DNA from: Actinomycetales bacterium
GTDB taxonomy: Bacteria > Actinomycetota > Actinomycetes > Actinomycetales > Micrococcaceae
Reading direction: 5' to 3'
Assembly (NCBI GenBank): GCA_038199275.1
Contig: JBBPZC010000151.1
Location: forward strand, 5,749-69,748
Length of the DNA stretch: 64,000 nucleotides
In this document: positions 9,023 to 20,238 of the stretch, piece by piece
Numbering within the stretch: the stretch's first letter is position 1
How the letters are laid out: each line of letters starts with the position of its first letter
The notes under the pieces: model-generated
Databases searched by the model: none
Told to the model about the DNA's origin: nothing
What the model saw: only the letters and a program-made list of their open reading frames with translations
Program-made: the position numbers and the translations under genes

Positions 9023-9973
9023 ATGGGACTTGACGGCGAACCCGAAAGAGCAGCCCCGCCCGGCGGTGAGCCGGAGACGGAACTGCAGTCACCGTCGTCG
9101 TTCTTGTCATTGCCTGTGCCATTGTCTGTGCCAGTGTCATTGCCATTGCCATTGCCAGTGCCTGTGTCATTGCCAGTGCCTCTGCCGCCGCATCCTTGGC
9201 GCCGATTCGTGGCGGTGGGGGATTCCTTTACGGAAGGGCTCGATGATCCTGAACCTCGCAGCCCGGGAGGCTACCGGGGTTGGGCGGACAGGGTCGCCGA
9301 GGAACTCAGTGTGGGTGTGCCGGACTTCGCCTATGCGAATTTGGCCGTGCGCGGGGAACTCCTGCACGAGGTGGTGGACTCCCAAATTGGCCAGGCCATC
9401 ACGCTCAAACCGGACTTGGTGTCCATCCAGGCCGGCGGCAACGACCTCCTCCACGTCGGTGCTGATCCCGACAAACTGGCAGACCTGCTGGAGGGCGCCG
9501 TCGAAAGTCTTTGCTTCCAAGGGATCACGGTGATGATCTTTGTGGGACCGGACTCGGGCAAGTCGACCATACTGGGTCAGTTCCGCACCAAGATCGCCAT
9601 CTTCAACGAGAACATGCGCAGCATCGCCGCAGACCACGACGCCATCATTGCGGACATGTGGGCGCTGAGCGCATTGCACGACACCCGCATGTGGAGTCCG
9701 GACCGGCTGCACCCCTCATCGATGGGCCACCACGCCGTTGCCACCATGGTGCTGGAAACCCTGAATGTGCCGCACACGCTCATGCCGGACATGCCAAAAC
9801 CGCTGCCGGATAAGAGTTGGCGGCAGGCCCGGACGGGGGACATCGTGTGGGCCAGGGAGTATCTGATGCCGTGGGTGTTGGCCGGCATCCGCCGACTGCC
9901 AGCCAACGGTGGCTTCGGTGCCAAACGACCCACCGCGGCCCCGTTGAAAGATTTTCCACTCGACCCTGGCTAA
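9023..9973 (+). CDS. SGNH/GDSL hydrolase with Pro-rich N-terminal extension
   Basis: VAVGDSFTEG, YANLAVRG, AGGNDLL and DRLHP catalytic blocks. Confidence 0.9.
   Translation: MGLDGEPERAAPPGGEPETELQSPSSFLSLPVPLSVPVSLPLPLPVPVSLPVPLPPHPWRRFVAVGDSFTEGLDDPEPRSPGGYRGWADRVAEELSVGVPDFAYANLAVRGELLHEVVDSQIGQAITLKPDLVSIQAGGNDLLHVGADPDKLADLLEGAVESLCFQGITVMIFVGPDSGKSTILGQFRTKIAIFNENMRSIAADHDAIIADMWALSALHDTRMWSPDRLHPSSMGHHAVATMVLETLNVPHTLMPDMPKPLPDKSWRQARTGDIVWAREYLMPWVLAGIRRLPANGGFGAKRPTAAPLKDFPLDPG
9104..9190 (+). repeat. Degenerate 6-bp coding microsatellite encoding alternating (L/V)(P/S)
   Basis: TTGCCA/GTGCCA/GTGTCA units give LSLPVPLSVPVSLPLPLPVPVSLPVPLPP. Confidence 0.8.
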
Positions 9974-10060
9974 TGCCAATGCTGTGGATCTGGTGTCAGT
10001 TTGGCAACGTCGCGGGGTGGCAGCGCCAACCGGCGGCGGGCGGGCGGTATTCTTCGAGTT

Positions 10061-11170
10061 GTGAGTGAGAATTCCAAGCCCCAGGACCCGATGCCCAAGG
10101 ATTCCGCGCCCAAGGAACCCGACCGGAACCCGGAAAGCTCCACGGTGGCACTGCCTGTGGACCCCGGGAACAAGATCAAGCTCGACGGCGGAGCCGCCTC
10201 GGAGCCGATGCGTCCGGCCGGCCGGCTGCCGCAGCTGCCCAGCGAGGACGAACTCACCACTGTGCTGCCCGCCGTCAAAAAGGACGCGCCGGACGAAGTG
10301 CACATTGAGAAAATTCCGACGTCGATGATCACCATGCGCCCTCCGGCGCAGGAAGTGGCCAAGCGGCAGGCGGCCATGGAAAAGGCGGCCAACACCAAGC
10401 CGGTGCTGACCCGTGTGTTCCAGGTACTGCTCGCCGTGTTTTACCCGATTGTGCTTTTGGTGCTGGCCATCCGGCTCGTCACCAGTTCAACGTTCCTGTG
10501 GCTGGAATACCACCGCCCCGGTTTCCCGGCCGATTCTTTTGGGTTCAGCCTGGATGATCGGCTCACGTATGGCTCCTACACGGTGGACTACCTGTTGAAC
10601 TTTGCCGGCCCCAGGTACCTGGGGGATCTTGCTGACAAAGTGGGCAACCCGCTGTTCCTGGAGCGGGAAGTGGGGCACATGGCGGACGTGAAGTCCGTTA
10701 TTGTCATGGCTTTCCTGGTGGGGCTGGCTTTGGCCATATTGATGGTCATAGGCATGATCTACTTGTCGCGCCGCAGTCGCGGAGGCATCAGGCGCGGGTT
10801 GTTCGCAGGCTCCATCGTCACGTTGGTCCTCATTATTGGCCTGGGCGTGCTTGCCGTGCTCGGGTGGGAGGCGTTCTTCACCGAATTCCACCGGATTTTC
10901 TTCGCCAATGGAACGTGGACGTTCTTCACGGACGACACGCTCATCCGGTTGTTCCCCAGTCAGTTCTGGATGGATTCGGGCATCTTCATCGGCGCCTTTG
11001 TTCTGGTGGTTGCTTCGCTGACCCTGGCCTTCACTTGGCCCACCAAGGACCGCCGCCACAGCAATTCGCCGGTACCGGCTGCGGCGAGTGAGCCTGCTGA
11101 CGGAGCCGGCGCTGGTACTTCTTCAGACGTAACTGCCGCGGAGAAGCGCTCGGGACGCCGCTCGGCCTAG
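10061..11170 (+). CDS. TIGR01906/DUF1461 integral membrane protein
   Basis: REVGHMADVK, FFTEFHRIFF and TLIRLFPSQFW motifs. TATTCT -10 box 7 nt before GTG. Confidence 0.88.
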   Translation: MSENSKPQDPMPKDSAPKEPDRNPESSTVALPVDPGNKIKLDGGAASEPMRPAGRLPQLPSEDELTTVLPAVKKDAPDEVHIEKIPTSMITMRPPAQEVAKRQAAMEKAANTKPVLTRVFQVLLAVFYPIVLLVLAIRLVTSSTFLWLEYHRPGFPADSFGFSLDDRLTYGSYTVDYLLNFAGPRYLGDLADKVGNPLFLEREVGHMADVKSVIVMAFLVGLALAILMVIGMIYLSRRSRGGIRRGLFAGSIVTLVLIIGLGVLAVLGWEAFFTEFHRIFFANGTWTFFTDDTLIRLFPSQFWMDSGIFIGAFVLVVASLTLAFTWPTKDRRHSNSPVPAAASEPADGAGAGTSSDVTAAEKRSGRRSA

Positions 11171-11278
11171 CGTCCACTGGCACAGACTCTCACAACGTTT
11201 CTGTGGAAGCTGACGCCGCAGGTCGGCTTGGTACTAAGGTGAACTGAAGTAGGTGGGTTATCTTCCCGAGGAGCTGAT

Positions 11279-11674
11279 GTGGCCAAGAAAAACGATGGTG
11301 CCGATATTTTCACCCGGTTCACGACGAAGGTGGCGGCCGTTCTTGGGCGCCCATGGGTCTTCGCCATCGCGGTTGCCGTTCTCATCGTGTGGGGCGTTTC
11401 CGGCCCTTTGCTGGGGTTCTCCGACACTTGGCAGCTTATTATCAACACGAGCACAACCATCATCACTTTCCTGATGGTATTCATCATTCAAAACACCCAG
11501 AACCGGGACAGCGAAGCCATCCACGTCAAACTCGATGCCATCATGCTGGAGTTGAAAGTCAGCAACACCAAACTTTACGACGCCGAACATGAAGGTGAGA
11601 AGCAGCTCGACGATCAACGTCAGCGCCTGAAGAACGACGGAGCGAAAACCCCCGACACTGATCAGCAAGGATGA
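11279..11674 (+). CDS. Low-affinity iron permease (Fet4-like) small membrane protein
   Basis: FSDTWQLIINTSTTIITFLMVFIIQNTQNRD..AIHVKLD signature and GAGGAG RBS. Confidence 0.9.
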   Translation: MAKKNDGADIFTRFTTKVAAVLGRPWVFAIAVAVLIVWGVSGPLLGFSDTWQLIINTSTTIITFLMVFIIQNTQNRDSEAIHVKLDAIMLELKVSNTKLYDAEHEGEKQLDDQRQRLKNDGAKTPDTDQQG

Positions 11675-11724
11675 CCTTTCGCCCGCAGCTTGGATGGCGA
11701 ACGAGGACGGAAATGGCAATGGAA

Positions 11725-11761
11725 AAGGGAGGCCCCGACCGTTCGGGTCGGAACCTCCCTT
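11725..11761. terminator. Probable bidirectional intrinsic terminator
   Basis: AAGGGAGG..CCGACC / GGTCGG..CCTCCCTT stem between convergent genes. Confidence 0.7.
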
Positions 11762-11773
11762 CATGTGCAGCTA

Positions 11774-12034
11774 TTAGGCCTTCTTGCGCGTCAACAGTCC
11801 CCAAATAACGAGGACGATCAACGAACCGCCGATCGCAAGCAACCAGGTGGACAGCGACCAGAACGAGTTGATGCCAACATCGAAAATTGCACTGCCAATC
11901 CAGCCGCCCAAAATCGCACCGACAACACCAAGAATCAACGTAGCGAGCCAGCCGCCACCTTGGTTCCCGGGCTTTATGGCTTTCGCGATAGCGCCGGCAA
12001 TCAGACCCAAAATAATCCAACCAATGAAACCCAT
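11774..12034 (-). CDS. GlsB/YeaQ/YmgE transglycosylase-associated stress membrane protein
   Basis: WIILGLIAGAIAKAIKPG...LGVVGAILGGWI pattern. Confidence 0.92.
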   Translation of the reverse strand: MGFIGWIILGLIAGAIAKAIKPGNQGGGWLATLILGVVGAILGGWIGSAIFDVGINSFWSLSTWLLAIGGSLIVLVIWGLLTRKKA

Positions 12035-12263
12035 GTCTTATCTCCAATCGGATGAAGGTTTTAGTTTCAGCATCAAATCAAGAAGATGCACCCGGTAACT
12101 GTACACACCAGTTTCCCAATCACCAAACCGGGATTCCCTACAGCTCGGGCGGCGGTCCCGCCCTTGAATCGAGCCGGATTTACCCTAAAAATATCAATGG
12201 TCTGGCAAAGAGACGGTGGTGAATTGGCAGGAGAATGCCCCGTGTTTGTTATCTGCAGGATTG

Positions 12264-14045
12264 TTACTGGCCTATGATTCCTGCGCTGTGACCTGGCAAT
12301 GCCAAGGTCCCCGCCGTGTCGCCTGGGATGATTTGGGCCCTCTCGTCGGTGGCCAGCAATACCGTGGAGCCGGTCACCGGCACCTGGGCTGGTTGCGCCC
12401 CGAAGTTCAGGGCCACACTCACCCCGCCACGCTGGAGCACGAGCCACCGCGCTGCTTCGTCATAGTTGACCGCGGTATCAACGAATCCGGCTTGGCTCAG
12501 CTCGGGAACGCTTTTGCGCAGCGCAATCAGGGCCCGGTAAAGCTCCAGAAGTCGCGCATGCCCGCCGTCGTCGATCTCGGACCAGTTCAACTTGGAGCGG
12601 AGGAACGTTTGCGGGTCCTGCGGATCGGGTACCAGTTCCGGATCCCACCCCATGTCTTCAAATTCCTTCAGACGGCCTGCTGCGGTGGCCGCACCCAGAT
12701 CAGTCTCAGGGTGGGAGGTGAAGAACTGCCACGGCGTGCTGGCGCCATATTCCTCGCCCATGAACAGCATGGGGGTAAAAGGCGATGCCAGCGTGGCCAC
12801 GGCTGCGACTGCCAACTGCCCATAGCCCAAGCTCTGCGAGAGTCTGTCGCCGATGGCACGGTTTCCGATTTGATCATGGTTTTGACTGCAAACGACAAGG
12901 GCCGCTGGGTGCACGGCTGCAGGATCTATGGCACGGCCGTGGTGCCGGCCCCGGAAGCTGGAGTAGCTGCCATCGTGAAAGTATCCCTTTTCCAGGACTT
13001 TGGCCAAAGCCGCCACGGAGTTAAAGTCGGCGTAATAACCCGTGGTTTCGCCGCTGACATTGACATGCACCGCGTGGTGGAAATCATCACTCCACTGCCC
13101 GGTAAGACCGTAACCGTTCCCAGCGCGCGGATAAAGCAGGCGTGGATTGTTCAGATCCGATTCCGCAATCATGCTGATGGGCTTGCCTGTCTCCGCTGAA
13201 ACCTCAGCCGCCAACGCACCAAATTCCTCCAGGATATGCACGGCCCGCTCATCTTTCAGGGCATGCACGGCGTCCAATCGAAGGCCGTCCACATGGTAAT
13301 CCCGCAACCACATGGCAGCGTTGCCCAGGATGTAGTCCCTTACAACGTCCGAGCCGGGGCCGTCCAAGTTGATCGAATCCCCCCAGGTGTTGCCGGCATC
13401 GGAACTCAAATACGGACCATATTGGGGCAGATAATTCCCACTTGGACCCAAGTGGTTGTACACAACATCCTGGATGACGCCAATCCCGGCCTGATGGGCT
13501 GCGTCCACAAAGCGCTGGTAGGCGGCGGGGCCGCCGTAGCCTTCGTGAACTGTGTACCACAGCACACCGTCGTACCCCCAGTTGTGGGTGCCGTTGAACC
13601 CGTTGACGGGCAGCAGCTCCACAAAGTCAATGCCCAGCTCTACAAGGTATTCCAGCTTCCCAGCGGCGGCGTCCAAGGTGCCTTCAGGCGTGAAGGTGCC
13701 AATGTGCAGCTCATAGATAACGGATCCTGTCAGCTCGCGACCGCCCCAAGCACCATCGGCCCAAGCATGGGCAGAGGGGTCAAAGGTGCATGAGCGCCCA
13801 TGCACGCCTTGGCGTTGGCGCCGGGATCTGGGATCCGGTAAAACCTCTGCATGGTTATCCACCTTGTAGCCGTACTCCACCTCCTTGGAAGCGGGCGCTT
13901 CGGGAGCGCTCCACCACCCGTGGCGGCCAGGTTCCGCATCGGTGCGCGGAGTCATTGGATATTCCCGCTCTCCAACCACCAACGTCATGGAAGTGGCGTG
14001 CGGAGCCCAAACGTCAAAGCGTCCACCGCTTCGTGAGTACTGCAT
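12264..14045 (-). CDS. treZ: Malto-oligosyltrehalose trehalohydrolase (GH13)
   Basis: [36 protein letters not shown] and QNHDQIGNR motifs. Confidence 0.96.
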   Translation of the reverse strand: MQYSRSGGRFDVWAPHATSMTLVVGEREYPMTPRTDAEPGRHGWWSAPEAPASKEVEYGYKVDNHAEVLPDPRSRRQRQGVHGRSCTFDPSAHAWADGAWGGRELTGSVIYELHIGTFTPEGTLDAAAGKLEYLVELGIDFVELLPVNGFNGTHNWGYDGVLWYTVHEGYGGPAAYQRFVDAAHQAGIGVIQDVVYNHLGPSGNYLPQYGPYLSSDAGNTWGDSINLDGPGSDVVRDYILGNAAMWLRDYHVDGLRLDAVHALKDERAVHILEEFGALAAEVSAETGKPISMIAESDLNNPRLLYPRAGNGYGLTGQWSDDFHHAVHVNVSGETTGYYADFNSVAALAKVLEKGYFHDGSYSSFRGRHHGRAIDPAAVHPAALVVCSQNHDQIGNRAIGDRLSQSLGYGQLAVAAVATLASPFTPMLFMGEEYGASTPWQFFTSHPETDLGAATAAGRLKEFEDMGWDPELVPDPQDPQTFLRSKLNWSEIDDGGHARLLELYRALIALRKSVPELSQAGFVDTAVNYDEAARWLVLQRGGVSVALNFGAQPAQVPVTGSTVLLATDERAQIIPGDTAGTLALPGHSAGIIGQ

Positions 14046-14070
14046 CGCATCAGCCAGCCTTTCTCTTCGC

Positions 14071-14130
14071 GCCGCACTGCCGTTAGGCGCACCGCCATTA
14101 GACGCACTGCCATTAGCCGCACTGCCATTA
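14071..14130. repeat. 15-bp tandem repeat x4 at the treY stop codon
   Basis: gccgcactgccgtta / ggcgcaccgccatta / gacgcactgccatta / gccgcactgccatta. Confidence 0.9.
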
Positions 14131-16449
14131 GGCGGCCGGTACCAACAACGCTACGGGATACCTACCTAGGATGTGCTGCACCAGGACTTCGCCCGGACCA
14201 TGGCTCGCACCTGTGAATTCATCAACCATGGGTAGACCGAGTGTTATTCGGGTTTGTTTCCAACCCCCTTTTTGATCCAAGCCGTGGGGCAGCCGGGTGA
14301 CCAGCGTCATGGCCCCGGGACGGGTACTACCGGAACGGCTGAACGCCAACAAGTGCTCCGCTGCCGGACCCGCAGCCGCAGCGGCCTGATAGCCGCTAAA
14401 CAGCTCCGGACGGTCACGGCGCAGCCGCAACGTCCGCGAGGTCACCAGCAGCTTGGTTTCGGCAGCCATAGGCGAGGTCGGAGCTTCGCCGTGGTCAAGG
14501 CGCTCCAGTGCCGCTTGGCGTGTGGCGAAGTCCACGGCCCTGCGGTTGTCGGGATCGGTCAAGGACCTGTCCCAAAATTCCGTGCCTTGGTAGACGTCGG
14601 GAATTCCAGGGACGCTCAGTTGGACCAGTTTGGCGGACAGGGCATTGGCTGCGCCGTAAGGTTCCAGACGCGATACCAGGGAGTCCAGCTCGGCAGCAAC
14701 TGCGGGGTTGTCAAAGATTGCATCCACTACCGCGGTCAGCTGTTTTTCAAAGTCCGCATCCGGGGTTAGCCAGTTGGTGGAATTGCCAGCCTCCCGGGCA
14801 GCCTTGAGCGCATAACCTTGAAGCCGTTCCCGGTTCGCCGGCCACACCCCAAAGACCGCTTGCCACAGCAAGTTGGCTAGCGGACCGTCCCGCAGTGGCG
14901 CGAGCTGCTGCATTCGTTTGCTGAAGCGCCCCCACTGGGCGGGCACTTCGGCGAGAACTGAAATACGCGCTCTGGTGTCTTCGCTGCGCTTGGTGTCGTG
15001 CGTGCTCAGAGTGGTCATGGACAACGGGATGTTCTCCTCCCGGCTGCGCATCCGCTCATGGAATTCGGTGGCCGTGATGGCGAATTCCGTGGGATCGGCG
15101 CCTACTTCCGTCAGGGTGCCCAATCGGGTGTAACGGTAAAACGCGGTGTCTTCCACGCCCTTTGCCATGACCATGCCGGAGGTTTGCTGAAATCGTATGC
15201 CCAGCTCGTCCCCGGGACCGACCTTGAGCAAGTGCGGCGCGAGTTGCTCCAGTGCGCCCCGCAGGTCCGGGCGTCGACGGGCAGCCAACTCGCAGGCGGC
15301 CGTCAACGTCTCGACGCCTTGCGGCAGGTACGTGCGGTAAACCGGGAAGGCTGCAATGAGCTCGGAAAGGGCATCGGCCGCTTCAGCACCACCGAGGTCT
15401 GTGCTGGCCGGGACCAGGCGCGCCAGCCGGAGCATCTCAGAGTGCAAAATCCCGTCAGTGATCCGACGCTTTGTGACATGGATCAGTTCTTGATAATTGG
15501 GCATTGGGCCACCACGCAGCTCGGCGTCGAGTGCGTTGAGCGTTGGCTCGCCTGCCTGATCGATGAATACCCTGTCGATGTCCGCCAAGGCGTCGTACCC
15601 TGTAGTGCCTTCGCAAGTGAAAGTCTCGGGAAGCGTCTCGCCAGGTTCCAGAATTTTCTCAATCAGCAGGTATTTGCCGCCACTGCCCGCTCGCAGGCGG
15701 TGCAGGTACGTCTCGGGATCCGCCAGCCCGTCCGGATGGTCAATGCGCAAACCATCCACCAGGCCGTCGCTGCACCACCGCAGAATTTCGCGATGCGTGT
15801 CGGCAAAGACCTCGGGATCTTCAACCTTCACCCCAGCGAGGGAGTTCACGGCAAAGAACCTGCGGTAGTTCAATTCGTCATCGGCCCGTCGCCAGTAAAT
15901 AAGCTCATAATGCTGACGATCGTGTACATCAATAGCGCTGTCGCCTGCTGTAAAAGTGCCGGCTGCCAAGGGGAAGCGGTGATCGTAATAGCCCAATTCG
16001 CCATCGACAATTTCCAAGGCTTTGAGGTCCTCGGCGTTCCCCAGCACAGGAATCCGGAGACGATTGCCGCCTGCAGCCCAATCGACGTCGAACGCCTTGG
16101 CCCACCGTGATTCCCGGCCCTCTTGCAGCAGAGACCACCACCACGGATTCTGCCGGGGCGTGGCCACGCCCATGTGGTTGGGCACAATGTCCACCAAAAC
16201 GCCCATGTCTGCTTGCCGGGCAGCCTTGGCTAAGGCACGCAGCCCCTCCGGGCCACCCCGTTTGGCGTCGACGCTGGCGGGATCAGTGACGTCATATCCG
16301 TGGGTCGAGCCCTCTTCGGCCGTCAAAATGGGAGAGAGGTAGACCCAATCCACGCCCAGTGACTTTAGGTACGGGATTTGGTCGGCAGCGTCGAAAAGGG
16401 TGAAGTCGGCGTTGAGCTGAAAGCGGTAAGTGGATGCAGGCGTCCTCAC
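14128..16449 (-). CDS. treY: Malto-oligosyltrehalose synthase (GH13)
   Basis: [39 protein letters not shown] and [10 protein letters not shown] motifs. Confidence 0.96.
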   Translation of the reverse strand: MRTPASTYRFQLNADFTLFDAADQIPYLKSLGVDWVYLSPILTAEEGSTHGYDVTDPASVDAKRGGPEGLRALAKAARQADMGVLVDIVPNHMGVATPRQNPWWWSLLQEGRESRWAKAFDVDWAAGGNRLRIPVLGNAEDLKALEIVDGELGYYDHRFPLAAGTFTAGDSAIDVHDRQHYELIYWRRADDELNYRRFFAVNSLAGVKVEDPEVFADTHREILRWCSDGLVDGLRIDHPDGLADPETYLHRLRAGSGGKYLLIEKILEPGETLPETFTCEGTTGYDALADIDRVFIDQAGEPTLNALDAELRGGPMPNYQELIHVTKRRITDGILHSEMLRLARLVPASTDLGGAEAADALSELIAAFPVYRTYLPQGVETLTAACELAARRRPDLRGALEQLAPHLLKVGPGDELGIRFQQTSGMVMAKGVEDTAFYRYTRLGTLTEVGADPTEFAITATEFHERMRSREENIPLSMTTLSTHDTKRSEDTRARISVLAEVPAQWGRFSKRMQQLAPLRDGPLANLLWQAVFGVWPANRERLQGYALKAAREAGNSTNWLTPDADFEKQLTAVVDAIFDNPAVAAELDSLVSRLEPYGAANALSAKLVQLSVPGIPDVYQGTEFWDRSLTDPDNRRAVDFATRQAALERLDHGEAPTSPMAAETKLLVTSRTLRLRRDRPELFSGYQAAAAAGPAAEHLLAFSRSGSTRPGAMTLVTRLPHGLDQKGGWKQTRITLGLPMVDEFTGASHGPGEVLVQHILGRYPVALLVPAA

Positions 16450-18647
16450 GGAGCTTCTCCGTCGGTGCTCGAGGTTGAGCTGGCGTCATCCCCTGCCATC
16501 GCTGCCAGGGATGCTGCCGCGGAGGAATCCACCACTTCCTCGGAGCCGGAGTAAGCCCGCAGGATCATGGTTGATTTGGTTGTCAGTTCCACCACGTCGC
16601 CAGCTTTGACGGGAGGGGGTTCAGTGCTGCTGGCCGTGTCAATGAGGACTTCCCAGAACGGTGAGTACTCCCGATTGGGGAGCTTGAACTTCACGGTGTT
16701 GTCATCAGCGTTGAACAGCATCAGGAAGTTTTTGTCCTTGATGCGGCGGCCGCGGGCATCCGGTTCGCGGATACCCAGGCCGTTGTAGAAAACGCCCACA
16801 CTACGCCCAAAGCCGCTGTCCCAATCCTCAGGCTTCATCTCTGTGCCGTCGGCCTTGACCCACACAATATCGGGCAGGCCCTGGCCCTCTTCACGGCGCA
16901 CGGGGCGTCCGTCAAAGAAGCGGCTGCGCCGGAAAATAGGGTGTTCGTGGCGAATTTTGGTGACCTGCGCCGTGAACTCAATGAGTGGCTGGTCAATGGA
17001 TTCCCAGTTAATCCAGCTCAGCTCAGAGTCTTGGCAGTATGTGTTGTTGTTGCCCAGTTGCGTACGTCCCAGCTCGTCGCCGTGGACAACCATGGGCACG
17101 CCCTGCGAGAGCAGCAAGGTGGCAATGATGTTGCGTTGCTGGCGCGCGCGGAGGGTGAGGACCTCGTCGTCGTCAGTGGGGCCTTCAACACCGCAGTTCC
17201 ACGAACGATTGTGGGACTCCCCGTCGTTGTTGTCTTCGCCGTTGGCCTCGTTGTGTTTCTCGTTGTAGGAAACCAAATCCCGCAGCGTGAAGCCGTCGTG
17301 GGCTGTGACAAAGTTGATCGAGGCCACGGGACGGCGGCCGGAATTCTCGTACAAATCCGCCGAGCCCGTCAATCGCGAGGCGAATTCACCCAACGTGGAC
17401 GGTTCCCCCCGCCAGAAATCGCGGACGGTGTCCCGGAATTTGCCGTTCCACTCGGTCCACTGGGGTGGGAAGTTGCCCACCTGGTAGCCACCGGGGCCAA
17501 CGTCCCACGGCTCAGCAATGAGTTTCACCTGTGAAATAACAGGGTCCTGCTGGATCATTTCAAAGAACGTGGAGAGCTTGTCCACAGCATAAAAATCCCT
17601 GGCCAACGTGGATGCCAAGTCAAAACGGAAGCCATCAACGTGCATCTCGGTGACCCAATAGCGCAGCGAATCCATGATCAGCTGCAGGGAGTGGGGGTGG
17701 AGCACATTCAGGGAGTTGCCCGTGCCGGTGTAGTCCATATAAAACTGCTGGTCGTCCTCCACCAGACGGTAGTATGCGGCATTGTCGATGCCCTTAAAGG
17801 ACAAGGTGGGACCCAGGTGGTTGCCTTCGGCGGTGTGGTTGTACACCACGTCGAGGATGACCTCGATGCCGGCGCGGTGAAGATCGCGCACCATGGCCTT
17901 GAATTCCTGGACCTCGTGTTCGCCCTCACCCGTGGAACTGTAGGTGTTTTGCGGTGCGAAGAAGCCAATGCTGTTGTATCCCCAGTAGTTGCTCAACCCC
18001 TTTTCCACAAGGGTTCCATCGTTGACAAATTGGTGGACCGGCATCAGCTCCACGGCCGTGATCCCCAGTTTTTTGTAATGGCCTATCATCGTGGGGTGGG
18101 CCACGCCTGCATAGGTGCCGCGCTGGGACTCTGGAATCTCCGGATGGAGCTGGGTGAGACCCTTGACGTGGGCCTCGTATATCACCGACTCGTGGTACGG
18201 AATGCGCAGTTGCCGATCACCATCCCAATCAAAGAACGGATTGATGACCACGCTGTACATGGCATGAGGCGCTGAATCGGCTTCCTGGCGTGCATCCGGG
18301 TCGTCGAACTTGTAGGAGAACAAGGCAGGATCCCAGTCAATTTGTCCTTGAATGGACTTGGCGTAGGGATCCAAAAGCAACTTGCTGGGATCAAAGCGGT
18401 GGCCCTGTTCGGGCGCGTAGGGCCCGTACACGCGATAGCCGTAGAGCTGACCCGGCTGGACTTCTGGGAGATAACAGTGCCAGACGTGGCCGTCCACTTC
18501 CTGAACTTCCACCCGGACCTCATTCAGGTCATCAGATAACAGGCAGAGCTCAATGCGCTCCGCGTGCTCACTAAATAAGGAAAAGTTGGTGCCCGTGCCA
18601 TCAAAGGTGGCTCCCAAAGGGTAGGCGTTGCCAGGCCAGACTTCCAT
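16446..18647 (-). CDS. glgX: Glycogen debranching enzyme (isoamylase-type GlgX/TreX)
   Basis: [34 protein letters not shown] and [11 protein letters not shown] motifs. GTGA overlap with treY. Start at the ATG after GGAGG. Confidence 0.96.
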   Translation of the reverse strand: MEVWPGNAYPLGATFDGTGTNFSLFSEHAERIELCLLSDDLNEVRVEVQEVDGHVWHCYLPEVQPGQLYGYRVYGPYAPEQGHRFDPSKLLLDPYAKSIQGQIDWDPALFSYKFDDPDARQEADSAPHAMYSVVINPFFDWDGDRQLRIPYHESVIYEAHVKGLTQLHPEIPESQRGTYAGVAHPTMIGHYKKLGITAVELMPVHQFVNDGTLVEKGLSNYWGYNSIGFFAPQNTYSSTGEGEHEVQEFKAMVRDLHRAGIEVILDVVYNHTAEGNHLGPTLSFKGIDNAAYYRLVEDDQQFYMDYTGTGNSLNVLHPHSLQLIMDSLRYWVTEMHVDGFRFDLASTLARDFYAVDKLSTFFEMIQQDPVISQVKLIAEPWDVGPGGYQVGNFPPQWTEWNGKFRDTVRDFWRGEPSTLGEFASRLTGSADLYENSGRRPVASINFVTAHDGFTLRDLVSYNEKHNEANGEDNNDGESHNRSWNCGVEGPTDDDEVLTLRARQQRNIIATLLLSQGVPMVVHGDELGRTQLGNNNTYCQDSELSWINWESIDQPLIEFTAQVTKIRHEHPIFRRSRFFDGRPVRREEGQGLPDIVWVKADGTEMKPEDWDSGFGRSVGVFYNGLGIREPDARGRRIKDKNFLMLFNADDNTVKFKLPNREYSPFWEVLIDTASSTEPPPVKAGDVVELTTKSTMILRAYSGSEEVVDSSAAASLAAMAGDDASSTSSTDGEAP

Positions 18648-18721
18648 GCGTCCTCCAGTGAAGCGTTGGTAACTTGCTGTCAATTACGCAGGATAGTACA
18701 TTCCTGTAGCCTGCTGCGGTG

Positions 18722-19897
18722 CTAAGGCTTGAGAATTACCTTGATGCAGCCGTTTTCCTTCTTCTGGAACATTTCATAGGCGCCAGGGGCCTGATCCAGA
18801 GGCAGTTCATGGGTCATGAGATCGTTGACACCCAGGGGATCCCCGTCTTGCTCGACAAGGGGCAGTAGCCCGGAAGTCCAGTGTTTGACGTTGCACTGGC
18901 CCATGCGCAGCTGGATTTGTTTGTCAAAGAGCGTCAGCATGGGCAATGGATCGGCCGCCCCGCCGTAAACACCATTAAGAGAAATAGTGCCGCCGCGTCG
19001 CACCGCGTCAATGGAAGCGTGGAGAACTGCGAGCCTGTCAACGCCAGCCGTTTCAATGGCCTTTTGCGCCAGGGTGTCGGGTAACAACCCCGCGGCGAAC
19101 TGCGCAAAGCCGCCCACGGGGGATCCGTGGGCTTCCATGCCCACGGCATCCACAATGGAATCCGGGCCACGTCCATTGGTCAGTTCACGCAGCTCATCGC
19201 CAATATCACGGCCGGACGCAAGCGTTTCGACGCCGTGGCGTTCAGCCATCGCACGCCGTTCAGGAACCGGGTCTATGCCAATGACACGGTGGCCCAAGTG
19301 CTGTGCGATCCTGGTGGCGAACTGTCCCACCGGTCCCAACCCAAAGACTGCCAGAGTACCGCCATCGGGGACATCGGCGTACTTCACGCCTTGCCATGCC
19401 GTCGGCAGAATGTCGGAAAGGTAGAGATACTGCTGGTCGGGCAGATCATGGCCCACCTTGATGGGGCCATAGTCAGCATGTGGAACCCGCAGATACTGCG
19501 CCTGGCCACCAGGCACCGAGCCGTAAAGTTCCGAAAAGCCAAAGAGTGCGGCGCCAGAGCCCTTTTCACGCACTTGGGTTCTCTCGCACTGTGATTGCAA
19601 ACCCCGGGAGCACATAAAGCACCTGCCGCAGGAAATGTTGAAGGGGATGACCACTCGGTCTCCCAGTGAGAGGTTGGTGACGGCGCTGCCCACTTCCTGG
19701 ACAATACCCATGGCCTCGTGGCCCAAGATGTCGCCCTTGTGCATATAGGGACCCAAAACTTCATAGAGGTGCAAATCAGAGCCGCAAATGGCGGTGGAGG
19801 TGACCTTAATGATTGCGTCGGTGGGTTCTTCAATGATGGGATCGGCCACTTCTTCAACGCTGACTTTTCTTTTGCCTTGCCACGTAAGTGCTTTCAT
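18722..19897 (-). CDS. Zn-dependent alcohol/formaldehyde dehydrogenase (MDR family)
   Basis: CGSDLH, GHE, CGRCFMC...C structural-zinc cluster and GLGPVG Rossmann motif. Confidence 0.93.
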   Translation of the reverse strand: MKALTWQGKRKVSVEEVADPIIEEPTDAIIKVTSTAICGSDLHLYEVLGPYMHKGDILGHEAMGIVQEVGSAVTNLSLGDRVVIPFNISCGRCFMCSRGLQSQCERTQVREKGSGAALFGFSELYGSVPGGQAQYLRVPHADYGPIKVGHDLPDQQYLYLSDILPTAWQGVKYADVPDGGTLAVFGLGPVGQFATRIAQHLGHRVIGIDPVPERRAMAERHGVETLASGRDIGDELRELTNGRGPDSIVDAVGMEAHGSPVGGFAQFAAGLLPDTLAQKAIETAGVDRLAVLHASIDAVRRGGTISLNGVYGGAADPLPMLTLFDKQIQLRMGQCNVKHWTSGLLPLVEQDGDPLGVNDLMTHELPLDQAPGAYEMFQKKENGCIKVILKP

Positions 19898-19995
19898 GAT
19901 GTGCAGCTCCGTTTCCCAAGAGTATTGGTTGCCATTGCAAGTATGTGCATGCTTTGTCCGAAATTGAAGGGCCAGGGTCGCCGCCGAGCTGTTCC

Positions 19996-20238
19996 TTACT
20001 CGGCCGTTTGGTTGTCGGGGGAGGGTGGCTCGGTTCGGAAACCAATGAGCTTATGCGTGCCATCACAGTACGGTTTTATGGCAGAGGCGCCGCAGCGGCA
20101 CAGTGCTACAGTCTTGCGACGCCGTGGGACCTGTTCGCCAGCGGTGGTGAGAATTTCAAAATCACCGCGGATAAGTAGGGGCCCGTCGGGGCAGAGAACT
20201 ATTTCCTGACCTTGTCCTGGCAGCTGGGGCTCAGTCAT
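19996..20238 (-). CDS. CDGSH iron-sulfur domain (2Fe-2S) protein
   Basis: DGPLLIRG...VALCRCGASAIKPYCDGTH matches the CDGSH consensus. Its ATG overlaps the upstream stop (ATGA). Confidence 0.92.
   Translation of the reverse strand: MTEPQLPGQGQEIVLCPDGPLLIRGDFEILTTAGEQVPRRRKTVALCRCGASAIKPYCDGTHKLIGFRTEPPSPDNQTAE

Noticed and set aside
14071-14130. Possible mini-CRISPR
   Set aside because: Head-to-tail 15-bp units without spacers make this a VNTR.
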